This document shows, in pieces, positions 51,069 through 59,934 of a stretch of DNA of 64,000 bases. The stretch's first letter is position 1. Each line of letters opens with the position of its first letter. This stretch comes from an uncultured bacterium (GTDB lineage Bacteria > Krumholzibacteriota > Krumholzibacteriia > Krumholzibacteriales > Krumholzibacteriaceae), in the NCBI GenBank assembly GCA_963813815.1, contig CAWFAD010000008.1:175208-239207 (forward strand). Reading direction: 5' to 3'. A model generated the notes under the pieces. That model made no database searches. It was not told where the DNA came from and saw nothing but the letters and a program-made list of their open reading frames with translations. The translations under genes were made by a program, and so were the position numbers.

Positions 51069-52017
51069 ATGACAAAGAAAAAAACAACGCTTAAGCGCAA
51101 GCACACGACCTCTTGCTTTCATCCCAATTTCATTGCAGCCGAACAAACCGAATATTATGGAAGAGGTGAAATCCCCAAACTTGCTTGGCAGGATGATTCA
51201 AACGACATCTATTTTTACCGCGGGGATAGCCTCATTTTCTTAGATCAGATCCATAAGAAATACCCAGAAGGTGTCTTTGACCTAATATTCGCCGACCCTC
51301 CCTATTTTCTGAGCAATGACGGCATTACTTGCCAAGCGGGCAGAATGGTCAGCGTTAACAAGGGGAAATGGGACAAGATTGAAGGCCCGGATCAAATGCA
51401 TGCCTTTAATAAGGCATGGCTTCTTGCATGCCAGAAGGCGCTCAAGACAAATGGAACTATATTCGTTTCGGGAACGAGCCATGTCATACATTCCATCGGA
51501 TTTGCGATGCAACAGCTTGGATTTAAGATTCTGAATGACATAACGTGGGTCAAACCAAATCCTCCGCCGAATCTCTCATGCCGGTATTTCACTCATGCAA
51601 GCGAAACGATTCTCTGGGCCGCCAAAAAACAAACGAAGCAAACACAAATACAACTATGGCGAGATGCGCATGGCCGCCGGGCACAAGCAGATGAAAAGCG
51701 TTTGGTACGACATCAAATGGGACAAAAGAGATGTTCAGGTCCTACTCGAGATTCCTCCTCCCGCAAGAGAAGAAAAGATTTTCGGCAAGCACCCAACGCA
51801 AAAACCTCTTATGCTTCTTGAGAGGCTCTTGATGGCGGCCTCGGATGGGAACGATCTCGTTTTTGATCCCTTTATGGGCTCAGGAACAACGGCTATCGCG
51901 GCAAGGATCCTCGGCCGAAAATTCGTTGGTTGCGAGCTTGACGCCGACTTCATCTCCCTTGCAGTGCAACGCATCACCTATTGCCAGAAACATAGAATGA
52001 TTCCGCTATTCCCATAG
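51069..52017 (+). CDS. Beta-class N6-adenine DNA methyltransferase, DpnA-like; +1 frameshift in the A6 run at 51624-51629
   Basis: IFADPPYFLSNDGITCQAGRMVSVNKGKWD, WVKPNPPPNLSCRYFTH, then HPTQKP and DPFMGSGTT in the next frame. Confidence 0.88.
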
Positions 52018-52036
52018 ACAGAGAGGAAAGTGGCTA

Positions 52037-52648
52037 ATGGAAAGGGCAGAGGCGATAGAAAGAATCCAACAGCTGCTAGGAAGAGATTTAGTCCCTCTCG
52101 CTGAACAATTTCAAGTCACCATATGGAAATCTCCAGGCAAAAAGAACAAGGGATGGGCCGGGCATGTTATCGAGCGGTATCTCGGCCTGCAAATAAACTC
52201 AGCGCAGTCGCCAAACTTCGGTTCCTGGGAATTAAAGGTGGTTCCGCTGAAGCTGAGACACGGAACTCTCGCCGTCAAGGAAACAATGGCGATTACGATG
52301 ATTGATGCCTATAACGTGCTACAGTGTCCATTTGAAGAAAGCCATTTGCTAGCGAAGCTTCGGAAAATGGTTGTTGTGGCTAGAATCTTCGAGAGCAAGG
52401 CTGAACCCGCATCTGTAGTTTATTCTGTTGGCCAGTTCGACCTCAGTGATAGAGCCCTTTTCGAAGACATTCGAAGAGACTACGAGGATGTCAGACGTGT
52501 CATTAGAGAGCATGGTTTCGATGCGTTAACTGGGAGAATGGGAGTTCACGTTCAGCCGCGGACTAAAGGACCGGGGCACGGCAGCACATCACGAGCATTC
52601 TACGCGCGAACACCCTTTGTTTCGCGTATTATCAATCTCGCCGGCTAA
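52037..52648 (+). CDS. MutH/Sau3AI family endonuclease-like protein (single domain)
   Basis: NKGWAGHVIERYLG...SPNFGSWELKVVPL...KETMAIT; QPRTKG...RAFYAR. Confidence 0.82.
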   Translation: MERAEAIERIQQLLGRDLVPLAEQFQVTIWKSPGKKNKGWAGHVIERYLGLQINSAQSPNFGSWELKVVPLKLRHGTLAVKETMAITMIDAYNVLQCPFEESHLLAKLRKMVVVARIFESKAEPASVVYSVGQFDLSDRALFEDIRRDYEDVRRVIREHGFDALTGRMGVHVQPRTKGPGHGSTSRAFYARTPFVSRIINLAG

Positions 52649-52664
52649 GCGGCAAAGCTAATAG

Positions 52665-53279
52665 ATGCGCGATAAACTATATGAGCGATTTTACGATCCG
52701 GGGGATGCTTTCTCCGAGGAGCCACGGGCGTTTTGCTATGACCTTGCCCGCAAGCTCATTAGGCAAGGGAAGAAAAAGGCCGGCGCGCGGTGGTACTATA
52801 GCGATTGCACCATAAAGGGCATTCTCTTGCTTCTCTATACCTGGAATTTCGCCGCACGAGAGACCAAGAAATTGAACCACAAGAAACTGGAAAAACTCCT
52901 TAAATCTAGCGCGCCCGATTTGAGGAAGCTGGAGCGATATACAATCCTGACCGCCGATAAAAAAGCATGGCCCATCATTCGGAGAGTGTTTTCAAAATTC
53001 AAGAAGCTTCTCGGGCAAACGGGGGCCAGCAAGGCACTGAGCCTGCTAAATCCGAAGCTCTTTGTCATGTGGGACACGGCCATTCGCCAGCGATTGAAAA
53101 AACAATTGGTGCCCGGCATCGACAATGGTCAGCTCGCGGAGCACTATGTGCTGTTCCTACGAGAGACACAAAGGAATATCGATCGATACGAGATCGCCCG
53201 GAAGGTCAAGAGAGGCTCAATTCTCGCGAAGAAAATTGACGAGTTCCACTATTCTGAACTCGTGCTTAAAGGCCGTTAG
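52665..53279 (+). CDS. Hypothetical basic alpha-helical protein, possible divergent HhH-fold DNA glycosylase
   Basis: LLYTWN, GQTGASKALSLLNPKLFVMWDTAIR, LAKKIDE; ORF is clear, function inferred. Confidence 0.55.
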   Translation: MRDKLYERFYDPGDAFSEEPRAFCYDLARKLIRQGKKKAGARWYYSDCTIKGILLLLYTWNFAARETKKLNHKKLEKLLKSSAPDLRKLERYTILTADKKAWPIIRRVFSKFKKLLGQTGASKALSLLNPKLFVMWDTAIRQRLKKQLVPGIDNGQLAEHYVLFLRETQRNIDRYEIARKVKRGSILAKKIDEFHYSELVLKGR

Positions 53280-53326
53280 GAGCTTTGACTCTCCCGAAAC
53301 GCGAGCCCTGAAACTACATTAAACCT

Positions 53327-53998
53327 ATGATGATGCAGTTTGAAGATCTCCGCAGCTTCGGTTTCGATGGCCAAGCCGCCTTGCAGAAAGTCATCGAATT
53401 GTCCAGCTATGGCGGCCTTGAGCAGGGCGTTGCTTCCTTAGCAGTCTTCGCCCATCCGGACACAGTCGCCCAAGCGCGGTCGCGCAATGTCTTCCGAATC
53501 GTCAGAACGCGCGCGAGCGAGGGGCGTGGCACCTTTGTTGAGCTCCCGAGCCTAGGCATAGTTATGCTCGATGACAACAAGGGTCCTACTGACGCTTTTA
53601 TCTGGGCTCATGGCATTTCTCGATCACAATATCGTGATGTGCAGTTCAACCACATCTGGAGCGACCCGCAGGACGTTTCGCTATATACGAATCTGGCCAA
53701 TATCTGTGTTCTTCCCGTGTTCCTTTCCAAGCTTTCTGACTCCCATCGTCACGTTCAAGCGCTCCTTCGTTACCGAGCATTCATGCTATATGGAGGCTGG
53801 AAACCTAATTCTCAACCAGAGCCGCCCGAACCCGCAGGTTATGCGCAGCTTGTTTGGGCTAATCCGCTCCCCGCGGTCCCGGATCTGGAATCGAACTATC
53901 GCAAGGCCATGAGAACAAAGCCGAAGGATAGAACGACCAAAAGCGCGCGCGAACTTGGGTGGGTGTTTAGCGGATATCAACCGGACAAGACGCTATAA
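53327..53998 (+). CDS. Hypothetical protein with possible HNH-like (beta-beta-alpha-metal) motif
   Basis: VQFNHIW...LYTNLANICVLPVFLSKLSD; ORF is clear, function inferred. Confidence 0.5.
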   Translation: MMMQFEDLRSFGFDGQAALQKVIELSSYGGLEQGVASLAVFAHPDTVAQARSRNVFRIVRTRASEGRGTFVELPSLGIVMLDDNKGPTDAFIWAHGISRSQYRDVQFNHIWSDPQDVSLYTNLANICVLPVFLSKLSDSHRHVQALLRYRAFMLYGGWKPNSQPEPPEPAGYAQLVWANPLPAVPDLESNYRKAMRTKPKDRTTKSARELGWVFSGYQPDKTL

Positions 53999-54058
53999 CC
54001 GCTCGGGAAACCATCGATTCTCATTATTCAGATTAGGGGCTTACATTGACGCCGCACC

Positions 54059-56362
54059 TTAGATCTGAAACAGGTACTGCACCTTCAGAAAGAACTGGCG
54101 GTCGGTGAGATTCCACCCCTCGCGCCCGTCCTCCGCCATATCGAAGTCCATGTAGTTGTGCGTCGAGCCCACGTAGAACATCGTGAGCGAGTTGACGCGG
54201 TAGGTGACGAGCGGATCGACCTCCCACGTGTTCCAGCGATCGTTGTACTGCGACACGAGGCGTATCGAGAGCTCGCGCGAGAGCTGGAGCGATAGGCGCG
54301 ACCAGAGAATCGACTGCGAGAAGAGCTGCTCGCCCGTCTCGAGATCGTCGCTCTCGATGTGGCTCCAGCTCGCCGCGATCACGAGGCGGTCGATCGGTTT
54401 GAGCGTGGTCGTCAGACAGTAGTCGAGCTGCTTCCCCATGACGAGGTCGTACCGCGCGATGCGGTGCCCGTAGTTGACGTTGCCGCTCAGCCTCAGGGCG
54501 TCCCACGGCCGCGTGTTGAAGCACGCGTGCGCCCCCCAGATCCCGTTGAACTGAATCCCGCGAAAAAGCTCGTTGCTCGCGAGATAGTTGAAATGCATCC
54601 CCGTGGAGGCGAGCCGGGATTGCACTTCGAGGCTCGGCATTATCCATTCGTCCTTCTGAACGCCGTCGAAGTTCCACTTCCGGGCAGCCTGCGCGTTGAA
54701 CGCTATATATTCGAGCGTCGGGCTCTTGTCGAAGCGCTTCATGTAGCTCGCGAAGAGGGCCCCCATGCGCTGGTTGTTCTGCGGCTCGAATCCGTTGTCC
54801 GCGCGGAAGGTGGGGGAGCGTTCCGAGTAGTCGGCGCCGAGCGAGTAGTTGCTCGTGTTGCGGGCGAATCCCGCGAAGAGGGCGTGCCCCCAGAACGCCT
54901 CGCCGTCGAGCCCCGCCGTGTAGCCGTTCTCCGCGAAGGTCGTCGCGTTGAAGGCGCTGTCCGGCACGAGGGCGAGGTTGTCGACCTCCTGCGTGTGCGA
55001 GGCGAGCGCCTGGAGCTTCACCGAGTTGCTCTCCGAGAGGCGGATCTGCCCGTCGACGCCCGCGAGCGATCCCGAGCCGCCGCCGTCGAAGCGCCGGTCC
55101 GTGGCGACGAGCCCGAGGTACGACGACTTGCCGAGGTCGCGTTTGTACCGCAGGACGTTCGAGTAGCTCTTCCCGTTCTCGACGAAGGCGCTCCCCTCCT
55201 CGAACGGCAGGATGATCACCGAGTGCTCGTCGCGCGCCGAGAGGAAGGCGAGGCTGTTCGGGCCGTCGCGCAGCGTCGTTTTCCCGGCGAAGATCGGGTC
55301 GTTGATCGAGCGCGTATAGACCGCGCTGTAAAACGTCGTATTGAAAAGATCGCTTCCCTCCTGGAAGAAGGGGCGCTTCTCGGCGTAGAAAAGCGCGAAG
55401 GTGGAGTTCACGTCGATCTGCGCGGCGTCGGCCTCGACCTGGCTGAAATCGGGATTGACGGTCGCCTCGGCGCTGAGCTCGGATGAGATGTCGTAGGTGA
55501 CTCCGAGCGAGACGTCCCCCTTGACCGGGCCGTTATCGAGCGATCCGTCGTCTCCGAGAGAGCCGGCTTGGTGAGCGACGATCGCCGGCAGGAGCTCGAG
55601 CCCCTTGCCGGGCTTGATCCCCGTTATCCCCGTGACCGTTCCCCACTGGCAGGGCCAGCAGTCCACGTTGCGATCGTACGCCGCCCACGAGTACTGGTAT
55701 TGCGACTCGCGCGGGCGGTTGCGCCAGAAGTCGACGCGCCACGTCTGCTCGGGCCTATCGGGAAAACGCAGGCTCGAGAACGGTATCGCCATCTCGGCGA
55801 TCCAGCCGTTCTCGACGATGCGGCTCGCCGTGTGGTAGATCATGTCGTATGTCGCGTCTTCGCCGCTCGTCAACGAAAACAGCAGATCCCCGGGAATCCC
55901 GTACGGGTTGACGGCGATCTCGTAGGCGTAGGTCGCCTCGCCGTAAGGATCGAGGCAAAAGAACACGAGGTCATCGCTGAATACCTTGTCCCTCTCGCAG
56001 AAGGTCGCGCGAATATCCTTGGGATCGTCGTAGCACATGAAGGCGACGTAAATGTGCTCGTCGTCGTAGGCGATGTAGGCGTCGGTGTCGACCGCGGGCT
56101 TCGTCTGGTCGCCGGGCGTGTGCTCGGCGAAGTTCGAGGCCTTGGCGGCGCCGCGCCAGCCGGGATCGCTGAGATCGCCGTCGATGCGGATCGCCCCCGC
56201 GGCCCGCGATACCCTGAGCTCGGGATGATAGACCGGCGTGTAGCTCGGTGTATCGCCGTTCGCAGCCTTTCCCCGAGCGGCGGGCGCCGTCACAGCGAAT
56301 GCAAAAGCCAAAACGAGAGAAAAGCCTGTTTGCCGGTTGGTGCCGCCCATTTTCCCGTTCAT
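54059..56362 (-). CDS. CBM9-like/DUF5916 domain outer-membrane protein
   Basis: IRIDGDLSDPGW, WIAEMAIPFSSLRF, TVNPDFSQVEAD, EKRPFFQEG, ends FFLKVQYLFQI. Confidence 0.85.
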   Translation of the reverse strand: MNGKMGGTNRQTGFSLVLAFAFAVTAPAARGKAANGDTPSYTPVYHPELRVSRAAGAIRIDGDLSDPGWRGAAKASNFAEHTPGDQTKPAVDTDAYIAYDDEHIYVAFMCYDDPKDIRATFCERDKVFSDDLVFFCLDPYGEATYAYEIAVNPYGIPGDLLFSLTSGEDATYDMIYHTASRIVENGWIAEMAIPFSSLRFPDRPEQTWRVDFWRNRPRESQYQYSWAAYDRNVDCWPCQWGTVTGITGIKPGKGLELLPAIVAHQAGSLGDDGSLDNGPVKGDVSLGVTYDISSELSAEATVNPDFSQVEADAAQIDVNSTFALFYAEKRPFFQEGSDLFNTTFYSAVYTRSINDPIFAGKTTLRDGPNSLAFLSARDEHSVIILPFEEGSAFVENGKSYSNVLRYKRDLGKSSYLGLVATDRRFDGGGSGSLAGVDGQIRLSESNSVKLQALASHTQEVDNLALVPDSAFNATTFAENGYTAGLDGEAFWGHALFAGFARNTSNYSLGADYSERSPTFRADNGFEPQNNQRMGALFASYMKRFDKSPTLEYIAFNAQAARKWNFDGVQKDEWIMPSLEVQSRLASTGMHFNYLASNELFRGIQFNGIWGAHACFNTRPWDALRLSGNVNYGHRIARYDLVMGKQLDYCLTTTLKPIDRLVIAASWSHIESDDLETGEQLFSQSILWSRLSLQLSRELSIRLVSQYNDRWNTWEVDPLVTYRVNSLTMFYVGSTHNYMDFDMAEDGREGWNLTDRQFFLKVQYLFQI

Positions 56363-56793
56363 GCCTCTTCCCCAATTGATAATGAGTGCCAGGTGATAGC
56401 GTCTTTGGCAAAAGCCCTTGCGATTTCACGGGGTTATACGCGGATCACGGCCGAATTGTTCCGGATGATTCGCGAGCTCGCCTTTCTAATAAATCCTTTA
56501 CTTCGCAAGGTGTTTCGTGCTACAGTCGGACTTGTCGGGATACCGTTCGTAAAACGGCCCCCCACTTTCCGACAGTTTTAGGGGCTTTCGTTAAAATGCA
56601 GCCTTGGGATTCGTCCGGAGGTCTCCGCGCGAGACGCGGGCCTTATCCACGGCAACGTCGCCTCGCTTGGCGCAGGGTGCCATGCCGTCGCGCTTCCGCG
56701 GTCCGACTCCAGCTCCGAGATCGAATAGCCGGGCATTCCGGCGGATAAGCCTTCCAAGGTTTCAGTCCGCCGCACGCAGAGAGGAGATGCGTT

Positions 56794-59787
56794 ATGCGAC
56801 GCTTGGCCTTCGTGGTCTTCGTATGCGCGTGCGCCGTCGCGCTGGCGGCCGCGCGAGCCTCAAAGGAGCCGCGGCTCTCGGTCAAGGCCTCGGACACGCC
56901 GGGCCGGCCCATGAGCGCCGTTTCGGCGGCGCCCGATGCGGCGATGTCCTCGGCCGCGCTTTTCACGGACACCGTGGCGGTCACCCTCGGTTCGTGGACG
57001 TTCGACGACCTCGCGGGAAATCCCGATCCTCAGGGGTGGACGACGATCGACCTCACGGTGCAGATCGATACGTTTTTTCACGTTGACGACTTCTCCGGGC
57101 TCGACGGCGGCAGTTTCGGAAGGCTCGTGCCGATTTCGGGCGCGCGCTCGCTTTGGTGCGGGGCGCGACCGACCGACGCGACGGCATGCGGTTACACGTC
57201 TCTGCCCGGATACGGCAACTACTGGGAACAGGTGTTCGAGTCGAGAACTTTCTCCGTGCCGGAAGACGCGGTCGTCGAGTATCACCTCGTTATGGACGTC
57301 GAAGCGTACTACGACAACGTGCACCTCGAATATCTCTCGCCCGGCGCGATATGGACGACCGTATCGAGCTTCACCGGAATAGGCGACTTCGTCGTGAGCG
57401 ACACGATCCCGTACGCACAAATCAACGGCGAGCTCAAGCTCCGCTTCCGAGTGTCTTCGGATCTCGGCTGGTCGGACGAGGATGGCATCCTGGACTCCGA
57501 CGGGGCGGCGATAATTGACGACATCACCGTGAGCTCGAGCGGCACGATCGATTTTCAGGACTTCGAGTCCGAGATCCCGGGCGCGCTCGAGACCGCGGAC
57601 GGCGACTGGCGCGCCGGCGTCCTTATGCCGTTCGGTAATTACGCCGGGCTCTTCGACGGCGAAGCGGTTCTTCAGGAGGACACACTCGTCACGAACACGA
57701 CGAGTCTGTGGGGGTTCTTCAACGGATCGACGGTCGACTACGGCTGCGGAGGGCATCCGGAGCAACTCGCGGTCCCGTACCCATTCGTCCCCCCGGACCG
57801 TCCCCTCGGGTCAATGCTGTACCTCAATAACATTATTGTCTCTCCGGCCATGCCGGTTCCGGAGGATCTCAGTTCGATCATCGCTCTCCATCTCGAATTC
57901 GACGTCTATTCGGACAACAGCCAATCAACGGTCTATTACGTATTCTTTGTCCGCTCCGGATCCAATGGATGCTGGGGCCCATGGAAGTATGACTATTATG
58001 TTTACTTCGGCGCGCAGAAGGCGTGGGAACGCAAGACGATATCCATTAAGAGCTATATCGACACAAATGAAGAGGAATTTCAAGTCGCGATCGGCGCGAT
58101 GAACATGCCCCCCAACTACAACATCGACGTCTGTCACAGCCATACCCCGCTCGTCGACAACGTGCGCGTCGCGAGGCTCGACCTCATCAACGAATTCGTC
58201 GTGACGAACACGAACCCGACCGGGCCCGGATCGCTGAATGCGGCGATAGCCGACGCGAACGCTTTGCTGTCGAAAAGCCTCATCCGGTTCGACGTTCCGG
58301 GGTTTTGGCCGATCATTGACTGCTCGACATATCCCCTCGACACGCTCGTGTCGCAGGTTATCATCGACGGCACGACGCAGCCTGGATACAATGGGTCCCC
58401 GTTGATCTGGCTTCTTTCGGGATCCCTCCAGGTCGACGGCGGAAACAGCGAGATCGCGGGGCTTTGGTTCATTGGGCCCGGCACGGGCGACGGCGTATCG
58501 CTGAGAAGCGACGGAAACCTCCTGCGCGACAACATAATCTCAGAATTCGCGAGAGGCGTTTGGATCGATGGGAACGACAACACGATCGGAGGCGCCTCGG
58601 GCTCCGAGTGGAACCAACTCTATGCCAACGGCACCGGCGTCTACGTGAACTCGGGAACGGGGAATGCGATCCGAGGAAACTTAATCCATGAAAACACGAG
58701 CCTCGGGATCGATCTTTCGCCGGGCGGCGTCACGGCGAACGACGCAGGCGACGGGGATACGGGAGCGAACATGCTCCAGAACTACGCCGTCGTCTCGCAA
58801 GCCGTCGCCCACGTGGCCGCGACGACCGTAACGGGCACGCTCGACTCGTCTCCGAACACGACGTTCCTCATCGATTGCTACATGAGCGACTCGTGTCATG
58901 CGGGCGGCTACGGCGAGGCGTATTCATATCTTGGGTCGTCGAGCGTATCGACGAACGAAGCCGGCTTCGTTTCCTTCGACTTCGACACCCCGCTCCCCTC
59001 AATCGTGGGCTGGCAGCTCACGACGACCGCGACCGATCCCGGCGGCAACACGTCCGAGTTCTCGGCCTGCGTGGAAATCATAAACACGCCCGGGGGAGTA
59101 GAGGTCGTGACGGTCCCGGTGGACGAAACGACGGGCGAGACGCCCGCCGTTATCACCTTCGACTACGTGACGGAGGCGGGTATCACGACGCTCGAAACGA
59201 CAACCGAGGGCCCTGAGCCTCCGGCGGCGTTTACCGTCGGGGACTCCCTCTACTACGAAATTTCGACAACCGCGATCTTCACGGGAATTATCGAGGTCTG
59301 CCTCGCCTACGACGAGAGCGGGCTCGCGGTGCCGGAGTTCGATCTGCGGCTTCTCCATTGGGACGAGACGCTGGCTACCCCCGCATGGGTGGACGTCACG
59401 ACCTCGCTCAATACCACGGATAACGTGATCTGCGGAGAGACCGATAATCTCTCGCCGTTCATCATCGGCGCAGGCTCGGTTACCCATGCCGACCTGCAGC
59501 CGCCCGCGCGCTTCGCGCTCAGACAAAACGTTCCGAATCCCTTCAACCCGGTCACGACGATCTCCTACGACGTTCCGGGGAAGGGCGCCGAGGTATATCT
59601 CGCGATCTACGACATCACGGGCCGTTGCGTGCGCGTTCTCGTGAACGGCTACGTGGTCGCGGGGATGCGCCAGGCAACCTGGGACGGCCGCAACGAGAGC
59701 GGCAATCCCGTCGCGTCGGGCTTGTATTTTTGCCACATGGCGGCGGCGCAGTTCGAGCAGACGCGAAAGCTGGTGCTTCTGCGGTAA
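56794..59787 (+). CDS. Large secreted protein with right-handed beta-helix region and FlgD-Ig/T9SS-like C-terminus
   Basis: Signal peptide; VTNTNPTGPGSLNAAI, GNAIRGNLI..N..LGIDL, TATDPGGNTSEFS; QNVPNPFNPVT...KLVLLR. Confidence 0.82.
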   Translation: MRRLAFVVFVCACAVALAAARASKEPRLSVKASDTPGRPMSAVSAAPDAAMSSAALFTDTVAVTLGSWTFDDLAGNPDPQGWTTIDLTVQIDTFFHVDDFSGLDGGSFGRLVPISGARSLWCGARPTDATACGYTSLPGYGNYWEQVFESRTFSVPEDAVVEYHLVMDVEAYYDNVHLEYLSPGAIWTTVSSFTGIGDFVVSDTIPYAQINGELKLRFRVSSDLGWSDEDGILDSDGAAIIDDITVSSSGTIDFQDFESEIPGALETADGDWRAGVLMPFGNYAGLFDGEAVLQEDTLVTNTTSLWGFFNGSTVDYGCGGHPEQLAVPYPFVPPDRPLGSMLYLNNIIVSPAMPVPEDLSSIIALHLEFDVYSDNSQSTVYYVFFVRSGSNGCWGPWKYDYYVYFGAQKAWERKTISIKSYIDTNEEEFQVAIGAMNMPPNYNIDVCHSHTPLVDNVRVARLDLINEFVVTNTNPTGPGSLNAAIADANALLSKSLIRFDVPGFWPIIDCSTYPLDTLVSQVIIDGTTQPGYNGSPLIWLLSGSLQVDGGNSEIAGLWFIGPGTGDGVSLRSDGNLLRDNIISEFARGVWIDGNDNTIGGASGSEWNQLYANGTGVYVNSGTGNAIRGNLIHENTSLGIDLSPGGVTANDAGDGDTGANMLQNYAVVSQAVAHVAATTVTGTLDSSPNTTFLIDCYMSDSCHAGGYGEAYSYLGSSSVSTNEAGFVSFDFDTPLPSIVGWQLTTTATDPGGNTSEFSACVEIINTPGGVEVVTVPVDETTGETPAVITFDYVTEAGITTLETTTEGPEPPAAFTVGDSLYYEISTTAIFTGIIEVCLAYDESGLAVPEFDLRLLHWDETLATPAWVDVTTSLNTTDNVICGETDNLSPFIIGAGSVTHADLQPPARFALRQNVPNPFNPVTTISYDVPGKGAEVYLAIYDITGRCVRVLVNGYVVAGMRQATWDGRNESGNPVASGLYFCHMAAAQFEQTRKLVLLR

Positions 59788-59824
59788 TACCGAGATCTTG
59801 AGCTTTGACGCGGGTTGAAGGAGA

Positions 59825-59857
59825 GGGGGCGCTCCTTACGGGGCGCCCCCGCGTTTT
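59825..59857 (+). terminator. Intrinsic terminator-like hairpin
   Basis: GGGGGCGCTCC-TTAC-GGGGCGCCCCC followed by GCGTTTT. Confidence 0.6.
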
Positions 59858-59934
59858 GCAGCCTTCCGAGGGAAAAACGATTCGGTGGATGTCCGCTCCC
59901 CGAAGCGGGCATCGCGGCGATCCATAACACCGGC

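Larger units (their letters stand above)
50990..54040. mobile_element. Lower-GC putative horizontally acquired defence islet (no integrase seen)
   Basis: Abrupt shift to A/T-rich codons; four co-oriented genes, two clearly R-M-related; sits between convergent high-GC genes. Confidence 0.6.

Noticed and set aside
53262..53283. GCCGTTAGG resembling an integron attC right end
   Set aside because: Lies inside the coding end; no matching left arm or long hairpin, and no integrase
56405..56422. TGGCA…TTGC possible sigma54 promoter
   Set aside because: GG-to-GC spacing is 11 nt instead of the required 10
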